A stretch of DNA of 64,000 nt from a virus (IMGVR_UViG_3300031999_000001:64001-128000), one strand, 5' to 3'. Positions 1 through 10,817 are shown, counted from the first letter of the stretch. Notes: generated from the sequence alone by a model not told the origin. Program-made: numbers and translations.

Positions 1-2130
1 GCCAGAATAAACAAATGTTGCCTGAACAACATCTCTTCTATTTCCAGCCGTAATTGCACTTTCTGTAAGTAAGGTGAATGAATTACCGGAAACAATATAA
101 TCAATTCTATTTGTTGGGTCTCCAATACTTTCAAAATAAGTATTACTACCACCACTATATACCTTTGCACCATTCAAAAGAATACCATTATAACGAACTT
201 CCAAATCCCCTTCGGTTTTATTATATGGTGTTGGAAGTGTAAATATTTTTTTTGCTCCAGTATAATTTAATGATATATTAACAAATGAAAATGGAAGTGT
301 ATATCCACTTGAATTTGCTGGAAAGTCAACGTTTTTAATATAATCAAAAACATCATATTCAATACCACGTGCAGTATCAAGAGCAACATCAACTTCTTTT
401 GTGTTTAAAACAAGTTTACTGTCTTCCTGATAATATTGTGGTGTTGTATAATGTATTCTTGTTGCAGTACCTGTTTGAATCCACGATTTTTTATTATCAA
501 CGGTTTGCATTAAATTAAATCCTGCCATACGAAACACATTCATATATTTCTGACCACTATCGGTATTACCACTAACTTGAAAATAAAAATCATTGGTTTC
601 CAATGGTGCTACCGGATAACCTTCTGTATCATATGGTAATGAATTTGATGGGAAATCGTTTTGGGATAATTCAACAGTATTTGGATTTATTTTGCCATTG
701 ACAGTATAAATATATTCAGTAATGTTAATGAAAGGTTCTGGAATTCCAATTAAAAGAAACATTGATTTTATTGCTTGACGAGTTCCCTTTGATTTCCAAA
801 AATAATTAGTATTTAATAATACTCTTCTCCAAAGTTCAATATCAATTTCTGCGGGAAGTAAATCCGTATTTAAATTTTTTTCACTATCATCAATCGTTAA
901 AAAACTTTTAACTAATTCATTTTCATTAACTAATGAAAAATATTCCCAACCAAAAGTTTTTGCAAGATTTTTTATTAATTGATCTGGAATATTATTAATT
1001 TTATCATATGTAACACGATTAATATCAACCAAAGAATCAATAAATTGTTTTAATTGGTCAAATTCTCTACCATACAATCTTAAAAGTTTGGTCATTTTGC
1101 CTTCTTCTGTAAGATCATATGTTTTAAGTGATTGTGGTATTAAAAATCTGGCAATTAAATCTGTTTTTATTGAATCATATTTATTACCAATCGTTAAAAT
1201 AACATCCAAAAAACTACGATATTTTGGTGTATTAATATCAATATTATATTTATCACCTGTTGTCCATAACATTGAAGCATTAGAATATATTATAGTTCCG
1301 TTATCAAGTAATGTTGGGTCTTTTAATATAAATTTAAATCCATTTGTATCATCTCTTTCAGACACAACATATTTTTCATAATCATTTAAAAGTGCCCTAA
1401 ATTCTTCAAAAACAACATTATTTGGTTTAATATGAAAATCAATCATACCGGATGTACCAGTAATGTTTGGAAATGGATTGCCAATAGTTTGTATCGTTAA
1501 ATATTTTTGACTGAAACTATATCCTGTAAAACCAATAATAAAATAAGAATTACCTGTTGGATTAACTGATGACCAAATTATATATTTATTATATGATAAA
1601 TTTAAGTTTCTTAATTCATTATCAGTATATCCCGAATTACCTCTATTCATTACCAAACCAAATGTATTAACTGTATATCCTGTTGGTACTTTAAATGTTG
1701 ATATATTAGTAATTGAATTGTAATTAAAACCAGAATATGTTATATTACCACCTCTGTTTGTTTGAGAATTTACAAAAACACTTCCCGGATAAGTGACAAT
1801 AATGTTTTGTATTGTTATTCTAAGAAATTCATATGCTGAACCAAATTTTACAAATGTATTTAAATTTGATTTATCTAAATTTAAAACAGCATTTACAGAA
1901 TAATCATATAATATTTCTGATTGAATTTGTGTAATACCTAAAGTTTCAAGTGTAATGGGACGAACAAAGGAACTTAATTCATTTGTATAATCAATATATT
2001 TCCTACCTTCAAAATTGGATGTAATAGCAAAACTACCAAACGAAAATATAATTTCGGAAGCCGTATTGTTAAAATTCGTATTATTTAAATTTAAGTCGAG
2101 ATTTGTATTTACAACTTTTACTTTTGCCAC
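1..2130 (-). CDS. Baseplate/tail protein with P2 gpI-like wedge motif; partial, runs off the window start
   Basis: Absent from the ORF track. My translation from GTG at 2130 (MAKVKVVNTNLDLNL...) stays open to base 1. Contains KNLAKTFGW and YFWKSKGTRQAIKSMFLLIG, resembling the LAxxxGW / KGTxxAI motifs of gpI-like wedge proteins. Lies in the baseplate module. Confidence 0.6.
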   Translation of the reverse strand, partial: MAKVKVVNTNLDLNLNNTNFNNTASEIIFSFGSFAITSNFEGRKYIDYTNELSSFVRPITLETLGITQIQSEILYDYSVNAVLNLDKSNLNTFVKFGSAYEFLRITIQNIIVTYPGSVFVNSQTNRGGNITYSGFNYNSITNISTFKVPTGYTVNTFGLVMNRGNSGYTDNELRNLNLSYNKYIIWSSVNPTGNSYFIIGFTGYSFSQKYLTIQTIGNPFPNITGTSGMIDFHIKPNNVVFEEFRALLNDYEKYVVSERDDTNGFKFILKDPTLLDNGTIIYSNASMLWTTGDKYNIDINTPKYRSFLDVILTIGNKYDSIKTDLIARFLIPQSLKTYDLTEEGKMTKLLRLYGREFDQLKQFIDSLVDINRVTYDKINNIPDQLIKNLAKTFGWEYFSLVNENELVKSFLTIDDSEKNLNTDLLPAEIDIELWRRVLLNTNYFWKSKGTRQAIKSMFLLIGIPEPFINITEYIYTVNGKINPNTVELSQNDFPSNSLPYDTEGYPVAPLETNDFYFQVSGNTDSGQKYMNVFRMAGFNLMQTVDNKKSWIQTGTATRIHYTTPQYYQEDSKLVLNTKEVDVALDTARGIEYDVFDYIKNVDFPANSSGYTLPFSFVNISLNYTGAKKIFTLPTPYNKTEGDLEVRYNGILLNGAKVYSGGSNTYFESIGDPTNRIDYIVSGNSFTLLTESAITAGNRRDVVQATFVYSG

Positions 2131-2146
2131 AAGTTTTACATTTTAA

Positions 2147-2155
2147 TATAAATAC
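2147..2155 (-). promoter_or_regulatory. Putative phage late-promoter motif GTATTTATA
   Basis: Recurrent motif, 16 nt upstream of the GTG at 2130. Confidence 0.5.
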
Positions 2156-2164
2156 AATGAAAAG

Positions 2165-2196
2165 AAAAATCCCAATTTATTAATATTGGGATTTTT
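2165..2196 (-). terminator. Intrinsic terminator
   Basis: AAAAATCCCAAT/ATTGGGATTTTT inverted repeat followed by a T-rich run on the minus strand, downstream of 2220..3119. Confidence 0.7.
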
Positions 2197-2219
2197 CATG
2201 AAAATTTATAAAATTTATA

Positions 2220-3119
2220 TTATACCCCATCAATAACCCCTTCAAAATTTTGAGTTTCATCAATATTTGTTCTTTTTTCCTTTACTTCAAATAATGGAAC
2301 GTCTCCAACATCTTCTTTAATTTCATATAAATTAAACTGCTTAGTTATAATTCGGTTCTTATCATAATAAGTTAATATTCCATTTCGAACATCTTTGATT
2401 TGTTCACCAGCAACAATATCTGAAAGCGTATCAATTGTATTTTCAACCAATTCAACTTCTAATACAAGTGGTGAAAAATATGTATTTGATAAAAGTATTA
2501 TTTGTCCAATATTGCCAATAAACGGCAATACATTTGGTTTAACATCTGAAGAACTGCTTGGAGTAACTTGTAAGAACATCAAAGTACCTGCATCATCAAA
2601 ACGATATCTAATTGCTTTTTGCGTTGTATTACCAATATTTTCACTAACAGGCACTACCTTATTTGATGTAACAACATATCGAACAACATTTCTTAGTTTA
2701 GTTCCATCAGCATTAATATATTCAATTCGATAACCCTGTAATCCATTATTTGCTCTTAATGCTTCAGGCAATAAATTAATGTCAACAACAATACCTTTTA
2801 CACTTGGTAATGCAGATAATACACTACAATCAACAACAGTTGCGGTAATTATTTTTGGTTTAATATAAATTGTATATATTCCTAATTGATTAAATGTTGA
2901 TGCAGGAAGTCTTAAATTATACAAACCTTCCAATAAATTTTCATATCCATCAATTTGTTCATCTTCGGGTAAGTAACAATATTGTAATAATTCTTCTGCA
3001 TTTAATTTATAAATAACATCATTACTTATTTGTCTGCTCGGAGTAAAATTATAATATATGTCAATATCATCAATATTAACATCAGCACTACGCACAGTCC
3101 CATATATACCTGTTGCCAT
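2220..3119 (-). CDS. Hypothetical protein, probably virion/baseplate-associated
   Basis: 299-aa ORF in the baseplate module; no motif recognised. Confidence 0.5.
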   Translation of the reverse strand: MATGIYGTVRSADVNIDDIDIYYNFTPSRQISNDVIYKLNAEELLQYCYLPEDEQIDGYENLLEGLYNLRLPASTFNQLGIYTIYIKPKIITATVVDCSVLSALPSVKGIVVDINLLPEALRANNGLQGYRIEYINADGTKLRNVVRYVVTSNKVVPVSENIGNTTQKAIRYRFDDAGTLMFLQVTPSSSSDVKPNVLPFIGNIGQIILLSNTYFSPLVLEVELVENTIDTLSDIVAGEQIKDVRNGILTYYDKNRIITKQFNLYEIKEDVGDVPLFEVKEKRTNIDETQNFEGVIDGV

Positions 3120-3144
3120 AACTTTAAATATTTATTAATTCTTC

Positions 3145-3588
3145 TTACGTATTTTTTACAATATTAAAAAATTTACCACCAGCATATGTTTCTAAATCAA
3201 CTAAACTCTTAATATATTCCAATCTATAATTTTTATCAAATGCCGACAATTCTTGTCTTATTATAAATACATCATCATTAATTTTTGGGTTACTAATAAT
3301 ATTTTCTTTTTTTGGGTCTTTATAATAAGGAACATTTATAAAATCAAGACTACTTGTACCTTCTGGTGTAAATTCAAATGTTGTACCAGAATCAGAACCT
3401 GAAAGTATATCTGTATGTTTTATACCCCCCAAATAATAAATTATTTTAGAATATTCAAAAGAATTAATATAATCAACACCATCAGTAATATAATTACCAC
3501 CACCAATATATTGATTAGCAAATACATTGGTTATTGTATATTTACGTAATTCACTTAATCTACTTGTTGTTATTCCAATTACTAACAT
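3145..3588 (-). CDS. Hypothetical protein
   Basis: 147-aa ORF; start overlaps the stop of the upstream gene. Confidence 0.5.
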   Translation of the reverse strand: MLVIGITTSRLSELRKYTITNVFANQYIGGGNYITDGVDYINSFEYSKIIYYLGGIKHTDILSGSDSGTTFEFTPEGTSSLDFINVPYYKDPKKENIISNPKINDDVFIIRQELSAFDKNYRLEYIKSLVDLETYAGGKFFNIVKNT

Positions 3589-4454
3589 ATTTGTTTAAAA
3601 AAATCAAAATTTTTCATTACGTCTGATTCATATTTTTCCACATAATTAATGTAATTTGGAAATTCTTTATATATTTTATTTCTTATTAATTTAACATATT
3701 CAACTTTAAATTTACTATTAAAATACATATGAGTATATTTATGTAAATTTCCCGCCCCTCTTTCACCATGTTTAAGTATATTTTCATGTGATAAAATTTC
3801 ATATGTTTTTAATTTATTTTTTATTGCATAAAAATATAATGCTAATTCTTCACAAGCCATTCCAATATAAAGATTATTAGTTGTATTATTATTTATAAAT
3901 TCATTTTTCATTGCTTCACATACATTTATATAACCGTCTTTAAAACCAATTCTCATTCCAATTGTACCACAACTAAGACATTCGCCATCATATGAAGTTG
4001 GGTCAAATATATTACTTTTTATTAAAAATTTTTTATATTGATCAGCATAATCCCTTACATAATTAGCATCTTTAGGTATTTTGTTTTGTATTAATATATC
4101 ATATTGCTTTGATTGTATAAATTTTGAAAATAAATCATCAAAAATAAATACATCAGAATCAACATGAATAAAATCATTAGTCATTAATTTAATTATGTCA
4201 ATCTTATAATAACTCCAAAATAATGAAGAATTTTTATTTTCAACAATATTGACTTTATCATATGGAATATATTTTATTAATTTTTTTTGTGCATTTTTAT
4301 TACAATACATAGTAATATTATTATAATATTTTTTTAATGTTAAAAAACTTAATAAAAATGAATAAAAACTTAAATATATTTTATTTTTATCATCAATTCC
4401 ATCTAAACGTGGAGTACCTTCATCAAAATGTGCGTATGATTGTATTATTTTCAC
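3582..4454 (-). CDS. DxD-motif glycosyltransferase-like protein (DUF6734-like)
   Basis: FWSYYKI...FIHVDSDVFIF resembles GT-A-type nucleotide-sugar transferases. Confidence 0.45.
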   Translation of the reverse strand: MKIIQSYAHFDEGTPRLDGIDDKNKIYLSFYSFLLSFLTLKKYYNNITMYCNKNAQKKLIKYIPYDKVNIVENKNSSLFWSYYKIDIIKLMTNDFIHVDSDVFIFDDLFSKFIQSKQYDILIQNKIPKDANYVRDYADQYKKFLIKSNIFDPTSYDGECLSCGTIGMRIGFKDGYINVCEAMKNEFINNNTTNNLYIGMACEELALYFYAIKNKLKTYEILSHENILKHGERGAGNLHKYTHMYFNSKFKVEYVKLIRNKIYKEFPNYINYVEKYESDVMKNFDFFKQIC

Positions 4455-4468
4455 GTTAAATTAATTTT

Positions 4469-4960
4469 TTATTCAATATAATCAACAACAATCCAACCAC
4501 GATTATATACGGTAGTGTCTGGATTTATTATATTATGATAACTTGCACTATCGAAAAAACTATTTAATCGTCTTGTTAACATAACAATTGTTATTACCGG
4601 ATAAATACCAATTTTCCCAATTTGTATTTGTGGTACTGCTGCTGCCGTTCCATTTTGAACAGATAATAAATCTGACAACGCACCGCTATCACTTTGTATT
4701 AGAACTTTAATCCCTCTTATTTTTATACGTGGAATTGTAATGACGACACTTGATGGCGATGTATTGGTATCCATATTCCACGCACCAATTTCAAAAATTT
4801 TTGATTTTATAATAATATCACTTTGTATAAATGTTTTTAAAGCAGCAAATGTCATGTTAGAAGTACCTGTTGTAACACCAAGTATGTCCATATTACCAAA
4901 AGCAATCTTATCGGTTGATTTTGGTGTTTTGTTTACTAATTCAAATAATATTCTGTTCAT
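4469..4960 (-). CDS. Hypothetical virion-associated protein
   Basis: 163-aa ORF with IGAWNMD and C-terminal FFD...YNRGWIVVDY; structural context. Confidence 0.45.
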   Translation of the reverse strand: MNRILFELVNKTPKSTDKIAFGNMDILGVTTGTSNMTFAALKTFIQSDIIIKSKIFEIGAWNMDTNTSPSSVVITIPRIKIRGIKVLIQSDSGALSDLLSVQNGTAAAVPQIQIGKIGIYPVITIVMLTRRLNSFFDSASYHNIINPDTTVYNRGWIVVDYIE

Positions 4961-4964
4961 ATTT

Positions 4965-5264
4965 TTATATAATTATAAAATTTTCGTTATTATTATTCAT
5001 AAAAATCGTATTATCATAATCCAATGCATAAAATGTTTCAACAGGTATTGGTGTTGGTGTTGGTGGTGTTGGTGGTGTTGGTGTTGGTATTACTGGTTCT
5101 ATATATGCGTCAAAAAAACCAAAATCATATGCTTTGGCAGTTAATGAAAATTTAATAAAATAAACAGCATTTAAATCTGGAATAATAACTTTACATGTGC
5201 CAGTACAATTAGTTGTTATTCCAGTTGTTAATGCTTGTAATATTGTTTTTTTTATTATTTCCAT
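4965..5264 (-). CDS. Small hypothetical protein with Pro/Thr linker
   Basis: 99 aa including PVIPTPTPPTPPTPTPIP. Confidence 0.5.
   Translation of the reverse strand: MEIIKKTILQALTTGITTNCTGTCKVIIPDLNAVYFIKFSLTAKAYDFGFFDAYIEPVIPTPTPPTPPTPTPIPVETFYALDYDNTIFMNNNNENFIII
5044..5090. repeat. Low-complexity GGT/GTT repeat encoding a Pro/Thr linker
   Basis: ggtattggtgttggtgttggtggtgttggtggtgttggtgttggtat. Confidence 0.7.
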
Positions 5265-5269
5265 TAATT

Positions 5270-7108
5270 TTAACTTACAGATTTACGTAAGAAAATCTTT
5301 ATATCCTTTTCAGGGTACTTAATTTCAAACATACTATCATCTGTTGAATGTATTGTATTATTAATAATTGTTATTTCACCAGTTGTTGGATTTAATGCTT
5401 GTGAAATAACATTACTTGAATACTGTCCACCAACTTTGTTATAAACTTTAATATTAATAATATTTATTACACCATTTATTTCCAGAATTTTTCTTTGTAA
5501 TCTTCCAAGAAAAATATCTTGATTCATTTCACAATCATTAACACTAAAATAATTACTAAGAATTGTAATAATATTATTTGCTATTTGATTGTCACTAACA
5601 TTTTCAACATATACATCAATATCGAATGCTAAATTAAATATCTTTCCATCTTTAATTTCAATATAATCATTAATCATTCTATATTGTGAGAGATATTCAG
5701 CAATATTTTCTTTTAATAATGTATTGCTGGTATTTGATAATTTACTATCAGCACCAATATCAAGCATTGATATCACCACCTTATTATTTTCCTTAAATGC
5801 ATTTGCACGAAAAGGTGAACCAAACTTTCCCGGCATTTTATAAAGTTGTAGTAAATAATCAGTTAATGTTACATCTCTTTGTTGACTTGAAAAATTATAT
5901 TTGATTAATTGTCTTATTTGTTCAATACTTAAACCATCATTTCCACCAATTGCTGGAATTGGATTCGATACTTTTAGACTTCTTTGCACGGACTGATTAA
6001 AATCCTGACGAGAACCACTAACCATTAAATTATATCCACCAAGTTGTGTCAATACTCTTGCACCAATGTTTGAATTACTACCACCACCAGTGCGATATTT
6101 AACAAATAACGTATAATTTGCTTTTAATTTTTCACCTAAAGCAGTGTTATTTAAAAAATTTTCAAGAAAATATTTATTACTTACACCCTCTTTAAGAAAA
6201 CCATCCTGAAAAGCATTAACATCAGCATCACCAGAACCAAATATTAATTTACAATAACCATTTGGTGTAAATTCTTTAATGAATTTTTTTGTTATATCAA
6301 TCCAAGTTGCTGCTTTAATGCCAGTTGTATTTGTTTGGGAATTTTGTGTGTTTTCAACAAATACTCTTTGTTGTGCCAAATAATCAACCTCATAATATCT
6401 ATTTTCTGACGTATAAAATTCAGTTGTTGGATTTGCTGGAAAATTAGTTCCATCCAATAATATAACGCTGTCAATTTCAATCACATCTGGGTCAGGAAGT
6501 GTTATTATAAAAAACGGTACAATATCCATTGCAGTAATTGTTCTTTTAAAAATATTTGTAGAACCATTAATAACAACTTCTCTTTTTGTAACACTATAAT
6601 TAATTATAATACCATTTGAATCTAAATTAGGTAATATTGAACGATTTGGATCACCTAAATTACTAACGGGTGATTTCCAATCAATTATTTCTTGTGTTTC
6701 AAATATTTTACCACCGCCAACAATTTGTGCACCTGCTTGTAAAACGGGATAATATGAGGCATCTGGTCTATCACCAAGAACGGGAATTAAAACGGTAAAA
6801 TCAACAACAGTAACTGATGGTCTTTTTGCTGGAATATTAAATCCCATATTTTTTGCAATATTCAGTATTGATGCTTTTTGTTGTGCATATTCCAATTGCG
6901 TTTCTTGAAATGCTCTGTCAGTATTAATTGCTAAATTATTACCAACACCAGCATTTAAATCAATAAGCATTGCACCAACTGAACTATCTGTAAAATCAGA
7001 TAATACTTCGGGATATGCCTGTTTTATTAATGAAATCAGGTCCGTCCTGATTTCTCCAAATGTTCTGCTTCCATATCTGATTACATTTGTACTTGTATCT
7101 GTTACCAT
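5270..7108 (-). CDS. Baseplate wedge protein (T4 gp6 / baseplate J-like)
   Basis: SRTFGEIRTDLI...DFTDSSVGAMLIDL, VKYRTGGG, AIGGND, QQRDVTLTDY; adjacent to gp25-like gene. Confidence 0.8.
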   Translation of the reverse strand: MVTDTSTNVIRYGSRTFGEIRTDLISLIKQAYPEVLSDFTDSSVGAMLIDLNAGVGNNLAINTDRAFQETQLEYAQQKASILNIAKNMGFNIPAKRPSVTVVDFTVLIPVLGDRPDASYYPVLQAGAQIVGGGKIFETQEIIDWKSPVSNLGDPNRSILPNLDSNGIIINYSVTKREVVINGSTNIFKRTITAMDIVPFFIITLPDPDVIEIDSVILLDGTNFPANPTTEFYTSENRYYEVDYLAQQRVFVENTQNSQTNTTGIKAATWIDITKKFIKEFTPNGYCKLIFGSGDADVNAFQDGFLKEGVSNKYFLENFLNNTALGEKLKANYTLFVKYRTGGGSNSNIGARVLTQLGGYNLMVSGSRQDFNQSVQRSLKVSNPIPAIGGNDGLSIEQIRQLIKYNFSSQQRDVTLTDYLLQLYKMPGKFGSPFRANAFKENNKVVISMLDIGADSKLSNTSNTLLKENIAEYLSQYRMINDYIEIKDGKIFNLAFDIDVYVENVSDNQIANNIITILSNYFSVNDCEMNQDIFLGRLQRKILEINGVINIINIKVYNKVGGQYSSNVISQALNPTTGEITIINNTIHSTDDSMFEIKYPEKDIKIFLRKSVS

Positions 7109-7121
7109 ATTTTATAATTTA

Positions 7122-7520
7122 TTAAAAATTTAAATCAAGACTTCCTTCTTCATTAAATGCATCCTCACTGTATGTAAATTTAATATTTACATTTAATTGA
7201 TTTTCAGATATTGGTTGTCTATTATCGTCAGTCTTCCAATTAAAAGTTATGCTATTAATTTGAAGACTTGGAATGTATAATGAAACCGTTCTTTTTATTT
7301 CTTGTTCAACATCACTTGCAGTTAGATTATCACTTGGTTCAAAAATATATTTCAATAAGTCAGTACCATAATCTGGTTCATAATATCTTTCGCCTTTTTG
7401 TGTTAATAAAAGTAAGAGTAAATCAGAACTGAAAGCATCTTTAGTTACTCTGCTCATTTGAAAATAAGTGTTTGTACTAACATTATCGTTAAGTGGATAT
7501 TTAATATTATATGAAATCAT
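7122..7520 (-). CDS. Baseplate wedge protein, T4 gp25-like
   Basis: LLLTQKGERYYEPDYGTDLLKYIFEP matches the GPW/gp25 signature. Confidence 0.85.
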   Translation of the reverse strand: MISYNIKYPLNDNVSTNTYFQMSRVTKDAFSSDLLLLLLTQKGERYYEPDYGTDLLKYIFEPSDNLTASDVEQEIKRTVSLYIPSLQINSITFNWKTDDNRQPISENQLNVNIKFTYSEDAFNEEGSLDLNF

Positions 7521-7539
7521 TATAATTTACTAATTTCTA

Positions 7540-7547
7540 ATAAATAC
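7540..7547 (-). promoter_or_regulatory. Putative late-promoter motif GTATTTAT
   Basis: 19 nt upstream of the ATG at 7520. Confidence 0.5.
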
Positions 7548-7559
7548 TTATAAACAAAA

Positions 7560-7584
7560 AAATCCCGACTATGTGCCGGGATTT
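7560..7584 (-). terminator. Intrinsic terminator
   Basis: AAAATCCCG/CGGGATTTT hairpin plus T-run on the minus strand, downstream of 7598..8065. Confidence 0.7.
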
Positions 7585-7597
7585 TATCAGAATTGAC

Positions 7598-8065
7598 TTA
7601 TTGTTGTTTTGGCTTTCGCCCTCTTTTGCTTTTTGTGGCTGCTTTTTCTTCTGTTTCTTTTTGTTTTTGAACATCATAAAGACTTTTAACAGATTCATGC
7701 ATTGCAAGAGTTGGAGTATCCCCATACTTCTTTAATACGCCAGTATATGTGTTAAAGTCCGGCTTTTCATATCCAACAGTATCTAAATCCGATACTGTAA
7801 CACCAGCAAGACATTCATCAATTGCCATTTTTTTCATATTATTAGGCAATCCATTAAAAATGTTTTCATTAATAATGATTGCAAAATTAATGCCTTCAGA
7901 AAGCATTTGTTGTAAATCATTTTGTTTAATTGGTTTACAAACTTCTTTCTTTTGTTTGTTATTACAGAGAACTCTAAACTCAACCCATTGTGGAATTGCC
8001 GTTTTATCTCTAACTTCATTGAAAATTTTTACTACGTCCACAGACGCTTCTTGAAAATTTGCCAT
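7598..8065 (-). CDS. Putative phage metallopeptidase-like protein with degenerate active site
   Basis: FAIIINENIF...KMAIDECLAG...KPDFNTYTGVLKKYG resembles that family's layout, with DECLAG where HELxH is expected. Confidence 0.35.
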   Translation of the reverse strand: MANFQEASVDVVKIFNEVRDKTAIPQWVEFRVLCNNKQKKEVCKPIKQNDLQQMLSEGINFAIIINENIFNGLPNNMKKMAIDECLAGVTVSDLDTVGYEKPDFNTYTGVLKKYGDTPTLAMHESVKSLYDVQKQKETEEKAATKSKRGRKPKQQ

Positions 8066-8077
8066 AAATAATTGTTT

Positions 8078-8509
8078 TTAATTGTTAATAATAAAATTAT
8101 ATTTAGATTTAATTTCTTCAATTTTTTCTGATAATTCAATAAACATTTGGTCTTTTGTTTCAAATTCCATTTTAAATTTATTTTCAAGTTCATCAATAAA
8201 ATATGTCATATCTAATACGCTTAATTTTATAATATCTTCACTTTCAAGTAATTTTGCTAATTGATTATTAACAACATCTCGTTTCTTAATTTCTTCGATT
8301 TTCTTTTCATATTCTGAATTAAGCACAATTGCATCTTCCTCTGTAACAGTTTTAACACCAGCTTTTTCTAATCGTTTTTCAATTAATTCATCAGCATTAT
8401 CTGCTTTTTCATCAGCTAATTTATCAATTTCAATTATTTTTTTTGCTGCTTCAGAATTGAATTCAATATTATCAACAGCTTTTTTTAAGTCTTGTAAAAA
8501 TTTTCCCAT
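8078..8509 (-). CDS. Hypothetical charged, coiled-coil-like protein
   Basis: 143-aa K/E-rich ORF. Confidence 0.5.
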   Translation of the reverse strand: MGKFLQDLKKAVDNIEFNSEAAKKIIEIDKLADEKADNADELIEKRLEKAGVKTVTEEDAIVLNSEYEKKIEEIKKRDVVNNQLAKLLESEDIIKLSVLDMTYFIDELENKFKMEFETKDQMFIELSEKIEEIKSKYNFIINN

Positions 8510-8520
8510 ATTAATTTAAT

Positions 8521-9432
8521 TTAAAGTTTCATGTTTTGCATTTCAATTCCCTGAAATTTCCAAACATCATGAGTATCATTATATTTTATTCTTTTTATAT
8601 ATTTTGTAATTCCAAAACCAATTAATTTACCATATTCATCTCTTATGAAAATTTCTTTAATATTAATTATTTCTTTAAAAATATCTGAATTTTCTTCTAC
8701 CAATTCTGTTTTAAATTTTAGTGGTATGAAAAATTCTAATTGTCTGTGCTCAAAACCAATCTTTTTTATGTGTAAAAATTCGGTTAATTGTTCAATTTTA
8801 TTTATAATATTTTCATTATCCCTATTAACTTTTATTGGAAATTCAAATTGTTTTGATTTTTTAAATATATCTTGTACCTCATATTCAAAATCAACATTTT
8901 CTTTTTTAGTTTTCTCAATCACATCCATTATATTAACTAATCCAACTTCAATTGGTATATTATTAAAAATTCCTAAAAGTTCATAATTATCATCTTTGGT
9001 TCTTCTTTCTTCAAATTCTAATTCCAAAACTTCACCAACTGTTTTTCCAACATGCTTATGTTTTTCATCAAAAAAACCATAATGTTCATATCTTCTGCCA
9101 TACTGGTCTTTCATTCCATAACTTGTACCATATTTATCGGCAGCAATAGCCATTTTATGTGGTGTTGCTGTACGTATAAACTTATCGGCTTTCTTCAATA
9201 ATTCATAATAATCCTGAACATATTTTTCATCGGTTTGACCCGCATAAAACTTTTCAAGCAAAGGATTTCGATGAAGTTTTCTTGTTGTTTTTTTATCTTT
9301 TTCCTGTAAATCATTTGGGTCAGCTTTCAGGATTTCTATTTCAGTGTTATACAATGCGATACTGATATTAATCATCACACTATGGATTTTAATATATATC
9401 CAAAAAATTATTTTTTTAAAAAATTTTATCAT
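8521..9432 (-). CDS. Hypothetical protein
   Basis: 303-aa ORF with a hydrophobic N-terminal stretch. Confidence 0.5.
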   Translation of the reverse strand: MIKFFKKIIFWIYIKIHSVMINISIALYNTEIEILKADPNDLQEKDKKTTRKLHRNPLLEKFYAGQTDEKYVQDYYELLKKADKFIRTATPHKMAIAADKYGTSYGMKDQYGRRYEHYGFFDEKHKHVGKTVGEVLELEFEERRTKDDNYELLGIFNNIPIEVGLVNIMDVIEKTKKENVDFEYEVQDIFKKSKQFEFPIKVNRDNENIINKIEQLTEFLHIKKIGFEHRQLEFFIPLKFKTELVEENSDIFKEIINIKEIFIRDEYGKLIGFGITKYIKRIKYNDTHDVWKFQGIEMQNMKL

Positions 9433-9434
9433 AA

Positions 9435-10817
9435 TTACACTACCGTTAATATTTTTGCAACTGCTGCTTTATAGAAATCTACACGTTTTTTTGTTACGGT
9501 TGCTAAATTATATTTATCTTTAAAATCTTCATATAATTGTTCACCGATTTGTTTTCTTAAATCAGCATCCAATATTAGTTTTTTTAAATATTTTTGCCAA
9601 TATTTGTGTGCATTTTTTACAGCAGGAATCAATACACAATTTTCCATATGTCTACCATCTATATTATATGGTGGAATATCAGAACATACAATTGGAAGTT
9701 TTCTTGTCCAACACTCTACTTGCTTGAGGTTCGATTTTTGGCGATTAAAGGGATTATCAGCCAATGGTGCTATTACAATATCTGTTTCGTCTAAAACTTG
9801 TGCATAAGTATTGGCTTTTTGTGTCCAACGTCTTGCAAAGTTTCCTTCATCTGGATATGTAACATTTCTTTCAAAATTCATAAGCCATTGCACATAATCA
9901 TCGTTTTTTATTATATGATAATTATTAGTTAAGATTTTTTCATATGTTAAATAAACACTTTCTTCCGATTTAATATCTCTTTGTTGACTGCTAAAAATTT
10001 TATTTCTATATTTATCTTTTAATTCTTGAGATAATTTAGGTATTAAATCTACATTGCCCCTTGTTTTATTAATTCCTTTTACAACTTCATGTGTCCATAG
10101 TCCCCTTTTCTGAAGTTCTTCACTAAATTCTTGATTGAATGTGATATCAGTTGTGTTACCTTCAGTATCCCAACCACCAATAATTATTTTGAACTTACCA
10201 TTTGTTTGATTATCTGAATTAAGATAATTCGTCACACCTTCAAGTTGTTCAACGTCAACAATATGAGAAGAACCAGCAGCATACGCAATTCTTACTAAAC
10301 CATTAGGGTCTGGTTTCCAGTTATTTTGAAATTGTTTCATCCATATCGGGTCTATCGAATTATAAAATACACCAACATTATTTTTACCCGTTACTTTGCG
10401 AACTTCATCAGCAAATAAGTCGGTTGTTGTTGTAACATAATCTGCGATTTTTAGATTCTCAATAATTGGTATATGCATTTTCTTTTCTAAATTTAATGCA
10501 TAAAATGGATGTTTCTTATGTAATTGCCAGTAGTCATCAATATCAGCAATTAATATTGTCCCAGATTTTCTTAATTCATTTACAAGATTTAACATTTGTC
10601 TTGTATCACCCAAAAATTGACGATGATAATGTATAATATTAAATGTTTTTAAATAATCAATATATTTTGGGTCATTAAAATCTATTTGTGGATTAATTTC
10701 CACATAAAATTCATCAGAATGATTTCTTTCAATTTCAGTTGCTGGAGTGAGTGTACGAAAATAGTTAACTCCCGCAGAATCGAGATTATAAAATAAAATT
10801 TTTATTTTTCCATCCAT
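9435..10817 (-). CDS. GT-B fold glycosyltransferase (GT4-like)
   Basis: IADIDDYW, ADYVTTTT, DIVIAPLADNPFNRQKSNLKQVE, LPIVCSDIPPY. Confidence 0.75.
   Translation of the reverse strand: MDGKIKILFYNLDSAGVNYFRTLTPATEIERNHSDEFYVEINPQIDFNDPKYIDYLKTFNIIHYHRQFLGDTRQMLNLVNELRKSGTILIADIDDYWQLHKKHPFYALNLEKKMHIPIIENLKIADYVTTTTDLFADEVRKVTGKNNVGVFYNSIDPIWMKQFQNNWKPDPNGLVRIAYAAGSSHIVDVEQLEGVTNYLNSDNQTNGKFKIIIGGWDTEGNTTDITFNQEFSEELQKRGLWTHEVVKGINKTRGNVDLIPKLSQELKDKYRNKIFSSQQRDIKSEESVYLTYEKILTNNYHIIKNDDYVQWLMNFERNVTYPDEGNFARRWTQKANTYAQVLDETDIVIAPLADNPFNRQKSNLKQVECWTRKLPIVCSDIPPYNIDGRHMENCVLIPAVKNAHKYWQKYLKKLILDADLRKQIGEQLYEDFKDKYNLATVTKKRVDFYKAAVAKILTVV

Noticed and set aside
5044-5090. GGT/GTT repeat as a phase-variation tract
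   Set aside because: Unit lengths are multiples of three and encode an in-frame Pro/Thr linker.
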